A stretch of 64,000 nt of DNA from a bacterium. GTDB taxonomy: Bacteria > Orphanbacterota > Orphanbacteria > JBJXGV01. The stretch spans positions 1,479-65,478 of the forward strand of contig JBJXGV010000001.1 in NCBI GenBank assembly GCA_046160485.1. Direction: 5' to 3'. The notes beneath the pieces are model-generated. The model saw only the letters and a program-made list of their open reading frames with translations. It made no database searches and was not told the origin of the DNA. Below are positions 18,961 to 29,330 of the stretch, piece after piece. Positions within the stretch are counted from its first letter, which is position 1. Each line of letters starts with the position of its first letter. The translations under genes were made by a program, and so were the position numbers.

Positions 18961-19001
18961 TCGAATCGAGCCGCCGCGCGTCCGGCGCGGCGCATCGTCC
19001 C

Positions 19002-20087
19002 CTAGTTGGCCTGGTGCGCGTGACTCTCGCGCCGCGGCCGGTGAGAGCCCCGGCGATGGTCGCGATCATCCGTGTCGGCCGCGTGATGCCGCCCTGTCTC
19101 ACGCTCCACCTCGTCGCCGCCGTGGCCGCTCGCGGCTCCATGTCCCCGGGACGATTCGTGATGAGAACCGTGCGAGCCGTTCGACGCGTGAGAAGCGCCC
19201 GGCTTGCGCGAGGCACGCTCGCCGCCCTCGCGAGAAGCGCGCTCCCCTGCATGCCGGTGCGAGCGTTCCGCTCCCGCGCTGCCGCCCGCCGCAGTCGCCA
19301 CCGGCGCCGGCTTCCCGCCGCCAGCCGCCAGCCGCTCGAGCGCCGACTTCGCGGCCGACTGCTCCGCCTCTTTCTTGCTCGTTCCGGTGCCGCGCCCATA
19401 CACACGCCCCGCGATCGAAACGTCGATCACGAACTGCTTCTCGTGATCCGGCCCGCGCTCCGACTGAATCCGGTAGACGGGGTGCACCTTGCGCGAGCCC
19501 TGCACGAGCTCTTGCAGCAGGCTCTTGTAGTTCGTGTGTTCCTCGGCGCCGGTTATTTCGTGCAGGCCGACGAGGATCTCGCGGCGGATGAACTCGCGCG
19601 CCGCCTCGAGCCCGCGATCGATGTAGACCGCGCCGATCACCGCCTCCATCGCGTCGGCGATAATCGAGCTGCGCTTCCGCCCGCCCGACTCGACCTCGCC
19701 CGACGACAGGAGCAGAAACTTGCCGAGCCCGATCTCCTGCGCCTTCTTCGCGAGTACCTGGCGCGACACGACGAGCGATTTGATCTTCGTCAGGTCGCCC
19801 TCGTCGCGATCGGGATAGCGGTTGTAGAGGTAGTCGTTCACCACGAGCCCGAGCACCGAGTCGCCGAGGAATTCCATGCGCTCGTTCGACGTGTGTTTGT
19901 CGACGGCCTTGCCGTGAACGTACGACCTGTGCATGAGGGACTGATTGAGGATGTCGAGGTTCTTGAAACGAACCCCAATGGTTTTCTGAAGCTCGAGGAG
20001 AATCTTGCGCCGTTCGGGGGGTATTTCGGTCTTTCCCTTGTCGGACTTCTTTGTGAGTGATGAGATCAGTTTATGAATAGGTGTCAT
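19002..20087 (-). CDS. rnc: Ribonuclease III with a ~125-aa His/Arg/Gly/Ser-rich C-terminal tail
   Basis: The signature [16 protein letters not shown], a dsRBD ([11 protein letters not shown]...[21 protein letters not shown]), then the tail ...[20 protein letters not shown]...[13 protein letters not shown]...[18 protein letters not shown]. The ATG at 20087 overlaps the fabF stop (ATGA). Confidence 0.9.
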   Translation of the reverse strand: MTPIHKLISSLTKKSDKGKTEIPPERRKILLELQKTIGVRFKNLDILNQSLMHRSYVHGKAVDKHTSNERMEFLGDSVLGLVVNDYLYNRYPDRDEGDLTKIKSLVVSRQVLAKKAQEIGLGKFLLLSSGEVESGGRKRSSIIADAMEAVIGAVYIDRGLEAAREFIRREILVGLHEITGAEEHTNYKSLLQELVQGSRKVHPVYRIQSERGPDHEKQFVIDVSIAGRVYGRGTGTSKKEAEQSAAKSALERLAAGGGKPAPVATAAGGSAGAERSHRHAGERASREGGERASRKPGASHASNGSHGSHHESSRGHGAASGHGGDEVERETGRHHAADTDDRDHRRGSHRPRRESHAHQAN

Positions 20088-21340
20088 GATGAGTTGTATT
20101 CTTTCATGAGGAGAGCGACGTTGTGCCCGCCGAACCCGAGCGAATTCGAGAGCGCCGCCCGGACTCGCATCTTGCGAGCCACGTTCGGCACATAGTCGAG
20201 ATCGCAATCCGGATCAGCCGTTTCGTAGTTGATCGTCGGCGGAACAACGTTCTCCTTGATGGCGAGGGCGCAGACGACGCACTCGATTCCCCCGGCAGCG
20301 CCGAGGAGATGTCCAGTCATCGACTTGGTCGAGCTGATCGCGAGCTTCCCCGCATGGGTTCCGAAAACAGATTTGATGGCCAAGGTCTCGAACTTGTCGT
20401 TGAGAGGCGTCGACGTGCCGTGCGCGTTGATGTACGAGACATCCGAGGGCGCCAGTGACGCGTCCTCGAGCGCAAGCGTCATCGCGCGTGCGGCCCCCTC
20501 GCCTTCCGGCGCGGGTTGCGTGATGTGAAACGCATCCGCCGTCGAGCCGTACCCTGCCAACTCACAATAGATAGTCGCGCCGCGTTGCAGCGCGTGTTCC
20601 AGGCTTTCGAGGACGACAAGACCAGCCCCTTCTCCCATCACGAATCCATCACGCGCGGCGTCGAACGGCCGGCTTGCGCGCTCGGGTTCCGCGTTGCGTT
20701 CCGAAAGCGCACGCATGGACGCAAAACCCGCCACGGCCATCGGCGTGATGGTCGCTTCCGATCCTCCGGTGACCATGACCTCGCAGTCGCCGCGCGCGAC
20801 CGCGCGAAACGCCTCGCCGATCGCATGCGCACCCGACGCGCACGCCGAAACCGAGGCGAAGTTGGGCCCTTTGGCCCCCAGCGCCATCGAGATTCGGCCG
20901 CTTGCCATGTTGAGGATCATCATTGGAATGAAGAATGGGCTGACGCGCGATGGGCCCTTCTCGATCAGCACGCTGTGCTGCTTCTCGAAGGTATCAATGC
21001 CGCCGATGCCAGACCCGACGTAGACGCCGACACGATTCACGTCCATGCCGCTCAGGTCCAGTCCCGCATCTTTGACCGCCATCGTCGCGGCCGCGATTCC
21101 GAATTGCACGAAGCGATCGGTCTTGCGGATCTCCTTCGCATCGAGATAGGGCGAGACGTCGAAGCCCCGCACCTCTCCCGCGATTCGGGCACCGTAGCCC
21201 GACGCGTCGAACTGCGTAATCGGTCCGATTCCGGAACGCCCCTCGATCAGGCTCCCCCAGAATGACCGGTGATCGTTCCCGCACGGGGATAGAACTCCCA
21301 GGCCGGTGACCACGACGCGTCTTTTTCCGTCTGTCGTCAT
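20084..21340 (-). CDS. fabF: 3-oxoacyl-ACP synthase II
   Basis: [22 protein letters not shown] (active-site Cys), INAHGTSTP and NSLGFGGHN. The ATG at 21340 has AGGAAG upstream. Confidence 0.95.
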   Translation of the reverse strand: MTTDGKRRVVVTGLGVLSPCGNDHRSFWGSLIEGRSGIGPITQFDASGYGARIAGEVRGFDVSPYLDAKEIRKTDRFVQFGIAAATMAVKDAGLDLSGMDVNRVGVYVGSGIGGIDTFEKQHSVLIEKGPSRVSPFFIPMMILNMASGRISMALGAKGPNFASVSACASGAHAIGEAFRAVARGDCEVMVTGGSEATITPMAVAGFASMRALSERNAEPERASRPFDAARDGFVMGEGAGLVVLESLEHALQRGATIYCELAGYGSTADAFHITQPAPEGEGAARAMTLALEDASLAPSDVSYINAHGTSTPLNDKFETLAIKSVFGTHAGKLAISSTKSMTGHLLGAAGGIECVVCALAIKENVVPPTINYETADPDCDLDYVPNVARKMRVRAALSNSLGFGGHNVALLMKEYNSS

Positions 21341-21361
21341 TCTCTTCCTCAGCCGCAAGCG

Positions 21362-21601
21362 CTACGCGGCGGGAACGTGCTTGTTCATGTAGTCGATCGC
21401 GTCCTGCACCGTTGCGATCTTCTCGGCATCCTCATCCGGGATTTTCACCGAGAACTCGTCTTCGAGAGCCATCACGAGTTCGACCGTATCGAGCGAGTCG
21501 GCGCCAAGATCGTCGATGAACGACGCTGCCGGCGTGAGTTGCTCGGGATTCACTGCGAGTTGCTTCATGATGATTTCTTTGACTCGGTTATCGTGCGACA
21601 T
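21362..21601 (-). CDS. acpP: Acyl carrier protein
   Basis: The [20 protein letters not shown] phosphopantetheine attachment motif. Confidence 0.97.
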   Translation of the reverse strand: MSHDNRVKEIIMKQLAVNPEQLTPAASFIDDLGADSLDTVELVMALEDEFSVKIPDEDAEKIATVQDAIDYMNKHVPAA

Positions 21602-21689
21602 GTTTGGGAATCACCTCCTTGGAGATTTCGGTTGCGTCTTACGTTTCACGTTGCGTCGATCGAAAAAAATCTAGGCGCGGAATGCGCGC

Positions 21690-22439
21690 TCAGATCATCA
21701 CCATCCCGCCGTCGACGTTGAGAACCTGGCCGGTGATGTACGCCGCCGGATCGGACGCGAGGAACAGCGCCACATCGGCGACATCATCCGGTGTTCCGAA
21801 CCGGCCTAGCGGGATGTCGTGCAAGAGTTTGTCGCGAACCTCGGCGGAGAGACCCTGGGTCATCGCGGTTTCGATGAACCCGGGTGCGATCGCATTGACC
21901 GTGATGCCCCGCGGCGCCAGTTCCTTCGCCAGCGACTTCGTGAAGGCGATGAGCCCCCCCTTCGAAGCGGCGTAGTTGGCTTGCCCGGCGTTCCCGATCT
22001 GACCTATCACCGAGGTAATGTTGACGATACGGCCCCTCTTCTGGCGGATCATCTGGCGGGCCGCCCCCTTCGCAAAGTGGAAGGCGCCCGTGAGGTTAAC
22101 GGCGAGGACCTCGTTCCAATCCGCCTCGTCCATTCTAATGAGGAGCTTGTCTCGCGTAACCCCTGCGTTGTTCACCAGGATATCGAGCGCACCGAATCTT
22201 TCAATGATTTTCTCGACTGTCTTGGCGGACTCGGCGGCGTCTTCGACCGCGCAGCGGAACGGCAGCGCGCCGCGGCCCAGTGCCCGGACAGCGAGCGCAA
22301 CCTCTTCGAGCGCAGCCTCATCGCGGCCGACGAGCGCCAATTCGGCCCCCGCTTCGGCGAGGTGAAGAGCGATGGCCCGCCCGATGTTGCGGCTAGCGCC
22401 CGTGACGACGGCGATGCGGCCTGTCAGGTCTGTCTTCAC
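21690..22439 (-). CDS. fabG: 3-oxoacyl-ACP reductase
   Basis: The SDR motifs VVTGASRNIGRAIA, NNAG and YAASKGG. The GTG at 22439 overlaps the fabD stop (GTGA). The track ORF extending to 23006 is an out-of-context extension. Confidence 0.93.
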   Translation of the reverse strand: MKTDLTGRIAVVTGASRNIGRAIALHLAEAGAELALVGRDEAALEEVALAVRALGRGALPFRCAVEDAAESAKTVEKIIERFGALDILVNNAGVTRDKLLIRMDEADWNEVLAVNLTGAFHFAKGAARQMIRQKRGRIVNITSVIGQIGNAGQANYAASKGGLIAFTKSLAKELAPRGITVNAIAPGFIETAMTQGLSAEVRDKLLHDIPLGRFGTPDDVADVALFLASDPAAYITGQVLNVDGGMVMI

Positions 22440-23383
22440 GCCGGCGCACCTGCTTCGAGCAGCTTCTTGACGGCCGGCAGGTCGTCGGGTGTGTCGAGGT
22501 TTGCGCTCGGGAAGCGGCCCGCGATCTTCTTGAGCAAGCCGCGCAGCACCGTCCCGGGACCGACCTCGACGACCTGCGTGACGCCTTCCTCGATCATCCG
22601 CCGCATCGACGCCTCCCAAAGCACCGAACTCATAAGCTGCGACTTCGACGAATGGCGGAGGAGTTCGGCGGCCTCGATCGGCTCGGCCGCGACGTTGACG
22701 ATCACGGGGATGCGCGCGTCGGCGTAGCGGGCCCGATCGAGCGCGGTCGCCAGCCCCGCGTTGGCGGCCTTCATGAGCGGCGAGTGAAACGCGCCGGAAA
22801 CCGGCAGGCGCAGCGCGCGCTTCGCGCCGCGTTCCGTCGCCATCGCCATGGCGCGCTCCGTCGCGGCGACCTCGCCGGCGATGACGACCTGCCCCGGCGC
22901 GTTGAGATTCGCGGGAACGACGACCCCCTCGGCCTCGATCTCTCGGCAGATCTGCGCGACCTCGGGCTCTTCGAGGCCGATGATCGCCGCCATCGCGCCC
23001 GGCCACTCTTCGCCCGCGCGATACATGAGATCGGCGCGAACCTTCACGAGCTCGAACGCGGTGCGCGCGTCGAGCACGCCCGCGGCGACGAGCGCGGAGA
23101 ACTCGCCGAGACTATGGCCCGCGACGAGATGCGGCGCGATCCCCTCGTCGGCGAGAAACGCGAGCGCCGCGAGCGAGTGCGCAAGAATGGCCGGCTGCGT
23201 GTACCGCGTTTCGCGCAGCCGCGCCTCGGGCCCCTCGAAGCAGAGCGCGGAAAGCGGCAGCCCCATCACGTCGTCGGCGAGCGCAAAGATGTCGCGCGCT
23301 TTACCGGACGCCTCCGCGAGCGAGCGTCCCATCCCGACGTACTGCGAACCTTGACCCGGAAACACGAACCCGATTTTGCTCAT
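22436..23383 (-). CDS. fabD: Malonyl-CoA:ACP transacylase
   Basis: MSKIGFVFPGQGSQYVGMG, VAGHSLGEFSALV and VSGAFHSPLM. Confidence 0.93.
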   Translation of the reverse strand: MSKIGFVFPGQGSQYVGMGRSLAEASGKARDIFALADDVMGLPLSALCFEGPEARLRETRYTQPAILAHSLAALAFLADEGIAPHLVAGHSLGEFSALVAAGVLDARTAFELVKVRADLMYRAGEEWPGAMAAIIGLEEPEVAQICREIEAEGVVVPANLNAPGQVVIAGEVAATERAMAMATERGAKRALRLPVSGAFHSPLMKAANAGLATALDRARYADARIPVIVNVAAEPIEAAELLRHSSKSQLMSSVLWEASMRRMIEEGVTQVVEVGPGTVLRGLLKKIAGRFPSANLDTPDDLPAVKKLLEAGAPA

Positions 23384-23486
23384 GCCCGATCTCCCCGCGC
23401 CCGACTTCGGCGCCCGGTCGTTCCACGACACCATCGTTGCCTCCCCCTCACCACACCGCCCTCGACCGTGTCTTGCGTTTCGTGTG

Positions 23487-24494
23487 TCACCAGCGAAGTA
23501 CCGCAGCGCCCCATGTGAATCCGCCGCCGAAGACGACGATCTCCACGAGATCGCCCTGCTTGAGGCGCCCGTTGCGCCGCGCCTCGTCGAGCGCGATCGG
23601 AACCGACGCCGCGCTCGTGTTGCCATACTGATCGATATTGATAAAGACCTTCGACATCGGAACGCCGATGCGATCGGCGACCGCCTCGATGATGCGGAGG
23701 TTGGCTTGATGCGGCACCAACAGATCGAGTTCCTCGCCGGTCACTCCCGCGCGATCGAGCGCGGCAAGCGACGCAGCCCCCATCTCCTTGACGGCATACT
23801 TGAAGACGCTGTTGCCCGCCATCTTGATGTAGTGGAGCCGTTGGTCGAGAACTTCCTGCGAGATCGGCGCGCGCGATCCGCCGCCGGGCATGTTGAGCCA
23901 GTTCGACAACGTGCCGTCGGAACCGAGGAGCACGGAGAGAATGCCACGTCCCTCGGGCACGACTCCGACGACCGCGGCGCCAGCGCCATCGCCGAAGAGA
24001 ACGCATGTGTTGCGGTCGGTCCAGTCGGTGATCTTCGAGAGCGTTTCGGCGCCGATGACGAGGACCTTTTCGTACGTGCCGCCGCCGACGAGCGAGTTGG
24101 CGAGCGAGAGGCTGTAGACGAACCCGGAGCACGCAGCCGACACATCGAAGCCGCACGCGTTCTTCAGTCCCAGCGCGCTCTGCACAAGACACGCCGTCGC
24201 GGGAAAGAGCATGTCCGGCGTCGCGGTCGCGAGGATGATGAGGTCAACCTCTTCGGCGGCGACGCCGGCGTCGGCGAGTGCGCGCCGCCCCGCCTCCGCG
24301 GCGAGATCGGAGGTCGCCGTGTTCGCGTCGGCGATATGGCGCGACTTGATTCCGGTTCGCGACATGATCCACTCGTCGCTCGTATCGACCATCTCGGCAA
24401 GTTCGGCGTTCGTGAGTACGCGTTCGGGCGCGTACGATCCCGTTCCGAGGATGCCGACGGGCCTGGCATGCCCGCGGGCTTTGGAATCTTTCAA
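23487..24494 (-). CDS. fabH: 3-oxoacyl-ACP synthase III
   Basis: GTGSYAPERVLTN, DEWIMSRTGI, AACSGF, HQANLRI and GGGFTWG. The TTG at 24494 overlaps the plsX stop (TTGA). Confidence 0.9.
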   Translation of the reverse strand: MKDSKARGHARPVGILGTGSYAPERVLTNAELAEMVDTSDEWIMSRTGIKSRHIADANTATSDLAAEAGRRALADAGVAAEEVDLIILATATPDMLFPATACLVQSALGLKNACGFDVSAACSGFVYSLSLANSLVGGGTYEKVLVIGAETLSKITDWTDRNTCVLFGDGAGAAVVGVVPEGRGILSVLLGSDGTLSNWLNMPGGGSRAPISQEVLDQRLHYIKMAGNSVFKYAVKEMGAASLAALDRAGVTGEELDLLVPHQANLRIIEAVADRIGVPMSKVFINIDQYGNTSAASVPIALDEARRNGRLKQGDLVEIVVFGGGFTWGAAVLRW

Positions 24495-25504
24495 CGGACC
24501 TCGCTTTCGTCGAGCGCGATACGCCGGTCGATCTCGTCGTTGAGCTTGTAGCTCACGAACTGACTCGCCGTACGAATGGCGCTCTGAATCGCCTTCGACG
24601 ATGACGAACCGTGGCAGATGATGCAAACGCCGTTGACACCCAAGAGCGGGGCGCCGCCGTACGCTTCGTAGCTCATCGTCTTCGAAAACTCTTTGAACGC
24701 CGGCTTAAGCAGTGCGGCGCCGACCCACGCCATCGGGTCGCGCTCGACCGTGGACTTCATGGTGGACTTCACGAAACCAAGAACGCTCTCCATGAATTTC
24801 AGGAGGATATTGCCGACGAACCCGTCGCACACGACGACATCGACGTCGCCGCGAAAGATCCCTCGCCCCTCGACGTTGCCGACGAAGTTGAGAGTCGAAC
24901 GCTTGAAGAGTTGGTGCGCCTCCTGCGCGACGTCGTTCCCCTTCGATTCTTCCTCGCCGATGTTGAGCAGGCCGACACGCGGGTTCTCGCGCTTGAGGAT
25001 GTGGCGCGCGTAGACCATTCCCATCTCGCCGAACTCGAGCAGATGAATCGGCTTCACGTTGGCGTTCGCGCCGACGTCGAGCAGCACGCAGCCTCCTGCG
25101 GCCGTCGGGAGAAACGTTGCGATCGCGGGGCGGCGCACGTGACTTAAGCGCCCGAGCGTTAGAAGCGCTCCCGAAACGACGGCGCCTGTGTTCCCGGTCG
25201 AGATGAACGCCTGCGCGCGGCCTTGCTTCTGAAGATCGAGGCCGACCGCGATCGACGATGTCGGCTTGCGGCGCAACACGCCCGCGCCGCTCTCGGACAT
25301 CGACACGGCATCCTCGGCGTGGATCAACTCGATCGGAAGACGCGTGGCGTCGTGGGCGCGGAGTTCGCGCTCCAAATCGATCTGCCGTCCGACGAGAACG
25401 ACCTCGACGCCTTCCTTGTGTCCGTTCCGGAGGGCCCCAACCACGCCTTCGACGATGACGCCCGGGCCGCGATCTCCGCCCATGGCGTCCACCGCGATGC
25501 GCAC
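24491..25504 (-). CDS. plsX: Phosphate acyltransferase PlsX
   Basis: MRIAVDAMGGDRGP, NTGA and VVCDGFVGNILLK. Confidence 0.93.
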   Translation of the reverse strand: MRIAVDAMGGDRGPGVIVEGVVGALRNGHKEGVEVVLVGRQIDLERELRAHDATRLPIELIHAEDAVSMSESGAGVLRRKPTSSIAVGLDLQKQGRAQAFISTGNTGAVVSGALLTLGRLSHVRRPAIATFLPTAAGGCVLLDVGANANVKPIHLLEFGEMGMVYARHILKRENPRVGLLNIGEEESKGNDVAQEAHQLFKRSTLNFVGNVEGRGIFRGDVDVVVCDGFVGNILLKFMESVLGFVKSTMKSTVERDPMAWVGAALLKPAFKEFSKTMSYEAYGGAPLLGVNGVCIICHGSSSSKAIQSAIRTASQFVSYKLNDEIDRRIALDESEVR

Positions 25505-25538
25505 TACCGCAACCCCCTCAAACCGCCCGGCGCGGGAA

Positions 25539-25784
25539 TTACTTCTCCTTCACCAAAAGGACTCGGCGCGCGGGTTTTACGGTCTTGCGCGTCGTCCCGG
25601 CGCCTCCGGCATCCGCTTCGATCTTCGAGCGCGTGCCGTAGTAGCCGCAGTGCGGGCAGATGCGATGCGGCTGCTTCGACTGGCTGCAGTGCGGGCACTT
25701 CGAACGCGCCGGGTTCGTGAGCTTCCAGTGCGTGCGGCGCTTCCGGCCGCGCGCCTTCGATATTTTTCGTTTTGGGAGACCCAT
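25539..25784 (-). CDS. rpmF: 50S ribosomal protein L32 (with ~20-aa C-terminal extension)
   Basis: MGLPKRKISKARGRKRRTHWKL...CPHCSQSKQPHRICPHCGYY. Confidence 0.9.
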   Translation of the reverse strand: MGLPKRKISKARGRKRRTHWKLTNPARSKCPHCSQSKQPHRICPHCGYYGTRSKIEADAGGAGTTRKTVKPARRVLLVKEK

Positions 25785-25835
25785 CGGTTCCCTCCTCTCA
25801 TTATCGTGTCGCGCTCGAGTGCACTCGGGCGACGT

Positions 25836-26360
25836 TTACTGGCTTCTCTTTTCACCGAGCCCGCCAAGTGCTCGCCAGCGCGGATCCGATTGGGTGGCAC
25901 ACTGGCACGCCGCGTCGTTCCGGTTGACGCCGCAGACCGGGCATATCCCCTTGCAGTCGTCGCGGCAAAGCGACTTCATCGGAAGCTCGAGCATCACGCG
26001 CTGGCGAATAACCGGCGCCAGATCCACACGTGTCGCGCGCCGTCCTACGAAATGAACCTCGTCGTCGTCGGGATCCGTGTCCGAGAACTCCACGTCGCCG
26101 AGATGATAGATCTCTCGCAGATCGACCTGAACATCGTCCGAGAAGTCGCTGAGGCAGCGATCGCAGATCCGTCGCGCCACCACATCGACTTCGCCGGAAA
26201 CGACGATCGTCGGGCCGTCACGGGTCACCCGAAGGGCAAAGCGAACCGGATCCGTGACCGCGACGACCTGTTCTGGGAAACCGAATGAGGAGGCGTCCTC
26301 CTCGCCTTCCAGGAGATGCGCGCCGGGCTCGCACCCGGCGATATCCAGGTACAGAGACAT
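25836..26360 (-). CDS. YceD/DUF177 family protein
   Basis: CDRCL...CRDDCKGICPVCGVNRN Cys pairs, and the conserved position upstream of rpmF-plsX. Confidence 0.85.
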   Translation of the reverse strand: MSLYLDIAGCEPGAHLLEGEEDASSFGFPEQVVAVTDPVRFALRVTRDGPTIVVSGEVDVVARRICDRCLSDFSDDVQVDLREIYHLGDVEFSDTDPDDDEVHFVGRRATRVDLAPVIRQRVMLELPMKSLCRDDCKGICPVCGVNRNDAACQCATQSDPRWRALGGLGEKRSQ

Positions 26361-26580
26361 GCGCTGCTTCCTCCCCTGATCTTTCAGAGAACCCGATGAA
26401 GGAATCTCTTACGTAAGCGGCTCAATCTAGCAGAGCGCTATTTGGTCTGTCAAACGATCTGTCCGAGCGCAACAGCGCGCGGGCGGCGAGCTTGGGCGCG
26501 AGAAAGGGATCGACACCGCGGCAACCGGCAAATCATTATGAGCGAATTCGTTTGGCCATTGTGCGGAGAGGCGTCGCGAC

Positions 26581-27858
26581 GTGATCCTCTACATCAAGCT
26601 TGCGGTCTTGGTCGGAGTCTTTCTTGGCGCGCTGCGTCTTAAGGTCGGCCTCGGAACCATCCTCCTCGTTTGCACGGGCCTTGTCGGCCTTCTGTTTCCG
26701 GTCCGGCCCGCCGAGTTTCTGAGCGCGGTGTTCGGCGCGGTGCTCGACCGTCCAACGGTCGAACTCGTCGCGATCGTTTTCATCACGGTGATGTTGGGGG
26801 GCCTCATGCGCGAGTCGGGCGCGCTGCGCGAGATGACGGGCTCGCTGCGCGAGATGATTCCGGATTACCGGCTCGTCGTCGCGATTCCGCCCGCGCTTAT
26901 CGGCCTGCTTCCGATGCCGGCCGGCGCGCTCGTCTCGGCGCCCTTGGTCGATGAGGCCGCCGGAGGCCGCCCAATCTCCGCCGAGGCGCGCACCTTTCTC
27001 AACTATTGGTTTCGCCATCTCTGGGAATACGTGTGGCCGCTCTACCCCGGCCTATTGATCGGCGCGGCGGTTCTTCAGGTACCGGTTCGGCGGATCGCAA
27101 TCGCTCAGTACCCGTTGACGATCGTTGCACTCGCAATCGGCCTCTGGTTCTTGTACCGGCGCCTGCCGCGCGACGCCGGCGCGACTTACGCTCGCCACGC
27201 CGGCGCGGGCGCGCGCCGCTTCGCGCGAAGCGTGTGGCCGCTCGGGGCGATCTTCGCTGGCGTTTTTCTCCTGCGCCTCTCGATTCTCGCCGCGCTGGCC
27301 GGGACCACGCTTGTTCTCCTAATCACCCTGGCCGCCTCGCGGCGCCACTCGGTCAAAGCGCTCGCAAAGCTTGCGGTCGATAACATCTCGCCCGACACAG
27401 TGCTTCTGCTGTTATCGGTGATGATGTTCAAGACGGCGCTCTCGGTCTGCGGCGCGCTCGAGGAGATTCCGCGCGCCTTCGCGGCCTCGGGGATCCCGCC
27501 GCTCGTGCCGCTTTTCGTCGCGCCGTTTCTCGTCGGCCTTCTGACCGGCGTCAACCAAGCTTACGTCGCGATCACGTTCCCGATTCTTGCGCCGCTCATG
27601 CACGCGGGCGGCGCGGCTGGCGCTAACGGGGCGGCCGGCGCGCCCGCGCTCCCGGCGGAGATGCTCGACATGTCGCTCGTCATGTTCGCGTACGTCTCGG
27701 GCTTTCTCGGGATCCTGCTCTCGCCGACCCACCTCTGTCTGGTGCTAACGCGCGAGTACTTTCGCGCGGAGTTTCGCGGCGTCTACCGGCTTCTCATCCC
27801 GCCGGTTCTCTGCCTCCTCGCCACCGCGCTTCTTCTCGTCGCGCTGCGCGGCCGCTAG
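26581..27858 (+). CDS. Polytopic membrane protein, DUF401/AF0261-like putative transporter
   Basis: About 10-12 hydrophobic segments. The NYWFRHLWEYVWPLYPG motif is one I associate with the DUF401 family; this comes from memory and is not verified. Confidence 0.5.
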   Translation: MILYIKLAVLVGVFLGALRLKVGLGTILLVCTGLVGLLFPVRPAEFLSAVFGAVLDRPTVELVAIVFITVMLGGLMRESGALREMTGSLREMIPDYRLVVAIPPALIGLLPMPAGALVSAPLVDEAAGGRPISAEARTFLNYWFRHLWEYVWPLYPGLLIGAAVLQVPVRRIAIAQYPLTIVALAIGLWFLYRRLPRDAGATYARHAGAGARRFARSVWPLGAIFAGVFLLRLSILAALAGTTLVLLITLAASRRHSVKALAKLAVDNISPDTVLLLLSVMMFKTALSVCGALEEIPRAFAASGIPPLVPLFVAPFLVGLLTGVNQAYVAITFPILAPLMHAGGAAGANGAAGAPALPAEMLDMSLVMFAYVSGFLGILLSPTHLCLVLTREYFRAEFRGVYRLLIPPVLCLLATALLLVALRGR

Positions 27859-27957
27859 AGACTTCCCATGCGACGTGCTACCATTCGCCGGCTCGCAGGC
27901 GACGCGCATCCCCCCCGTCCAATCCAATCGCGCGGCGCCTCTCGTATTCACCACAAC

Positions 27958-28569
27958 ATGGTGGGACATGCCTTGAAGCTTCCGAGCGAAGCTGCCGAAC
28001 ACGATATCGGGGAATCGCGCCTCGCGTTTCTCGTCAGCGCGATCGCCGCCGGAAGCGAGTCGTCGCTGGCCGAGTTGTACGACGCGACGAGCCGGATGGT
28101 CCTGGGTCTTGCCGCGCGAATACTTCGCGACCCGGAGTCAGCGGAGGAGGTCACGCTCGACGTGTATATGCAAGTGTGGAGGCAATCGGCCACCTATTCG
28201 CCGGCGCGCGGCAAGCCGAGCGCGTGGCTCCTGACGATCGCACGGAGCCGCGCGATCGACCGTCTGCGCTCGAACCAGACCCGGCGCACTCGCGAGGAAC
28301 CGCTCGTCGCCGGGTTCGACGCGATCGCGCTGGATGATGATCCGGCGCTTACCAGCGCGCGTAACGACGAGCGACGGCGCGTCCTGACCGCGATCGGCAC
28401 GCTTCCCGCCGAACAGCGCCGCGCGATCGAGCTGGCGTTTTTTCCCGGCTTATCGCATTCGGAAATCGCGGAACGGCTCGGCGAGCCGCTAGGCACGGTC
28501 AAAACGCGGATTCGCGCGGGCATGATGAAACTGCGCGAAGTACTCAAACCCCTCGAGGAATGGGCGTGA
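27958..28569 (+). CDS. ECF (sigma-70 family) RNA polymerase sigma factor
   Basis: Region 2 reads DPESAEEVTLDVYMQVWR...AWLLTIARSRAIDRLR and region 4 reads LPAEQRRAIELAFFPGLSHSEIAERLGEPLGTVKTRI. The start could also be at 27868. Confidence 0.85.
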   Translation: MVGHALKLPSEAAEHDIGESRLAFLVSAIAAGSESSLAELYDATSRMVLGLAARILRDPESAEEVTLDVYMQVWRQSATYSPARGKPSAWLLTIARSRAIDRLRSNQTRRTREEPLVAGFDAIALDDDPALTSARNDERRRVLTAIGTLPAEQRRAIELAFFPGLSHSEIAERLGEPLGTVKTRIRAGMMKLREVLKPLEEWA

Positions 28570-29279
28570 GCGACGACAGGTTCGGTGCCGGATCGGCGGG
28601 CGACGCAAGCGCTTCGGGGCATACGCACGACGAGGTGCTCGAAACCGCGGCGCTCTACGCGCTCGGCGCCATCCCGAGCGACGAGGCGCGCGCATTCGAG
28701 GCGCACTTGCGCGGCGGATGCCCCGACTGCGCGGCAGCCGTGCGGTCGTTCCTCGACATCACCGCGAGCCTCGAGAAGGCCGTCGCGAGTCCCGCGCTCG
28801 AGCCGAGCCCTGCGCTGCGCGACGAACTCCTGCGCCGCGCCGCCCAGGAGAAGTCGGATCCGACCGCGCGCGCCGGCGCGCCGGCCGAGCGCCCCGCGGA
28901 GGAAACGCAGGTCTGGAAACGCTGGCAGGAGTCCGGAGGCTCGTTTATGGCACCGGGGTTGTTCACGCTCCGCGCCGCCGAAGGAAATTGGCAGGACACC
29001 GCGGTGCCGGGTGTTTCCGTGAAACCGCTCTTCGTCGACAAAGAGCGCGACTACGTCACGATGCTCGTCCGCATGGCGCCGGGCTCTTCGTATCCTCGCC
29101 ACACGCATGCGGGCGCCGAGGAGTGCTTCGTCCTCGAGGGTAATCTGCGCGTCGCCGGCCGCGTCCTGCAGCCCGGCGACTACCAGCGCGCCGACGCCGC
29201 GTCGGACCACGGTGAGCAGTCCACCGACGACGGATGTCTCTTGCTCATCGTTTCGTCCCAGCACGACGAACTCTTCTAG
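28560..29279 (+). CDS. ChrR-type anti-sigma factor (ZAS motif plus C-terminal cupin), cytoplasmic
   Basis: HDEVLETAALYALG...HLRGGCPDCAAAV is the H-x3-C-x2-C zinc motif. The C-terminal cupin reads SYPRHTHAGAEECFVLEGNL. There is no TM helix. It overlaps the sigma gene by 10 nt. Confidence 0.75.
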   Translation: MGVSDDRFGAGSAGDASASGHTHDEVLETAALYALGAIPSDEARAFEAHLRGGCPDCAAAVRSFLDITASLEKAVASPALEPSPALRDELLRRAAQEKSDPTARAGAPAERPAEETQVWKRWQESGGSFMAPGLFTLRAAEGNWQDTAVPGVSVKPLFVDKERDYVTMLVRMAPGSSYPRHTHAGAEECFVLEGNLRVAGRVLQPGDYQRADAASDHGEQSTDDGCLLLIVSSQHDELF

Positions 29280-29330
29280 TAGGCGCGCCCCAGAGCGCGG
29301 TGCTACACTGCGCCACCGGAGGGAGGATTC

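Noticed and set aside
21602-21689. GCGCG-cattc-CGCGC followed by a T7 run just after the fabG stop, considered as a terminator before acpP.
   Set aside because: The stem is only 5 bp, so it is at best a weak attenuator. acpP commonly has its own promoter, which could explain the AT-richer spacer without invoking termination.
26361-26580. The lower-GC 220-nt divergent intergenic region and the 66-aa ORF at 26442-26642, considered as a small gene or riboswitch.
   Set aside because: The ORF is Arg/Cys-rich with no Shine-Dalgarno and overlaps the DUF401 start. I could not see a conserved riboswitch-like core. The region is most simply a divergent promoter region.
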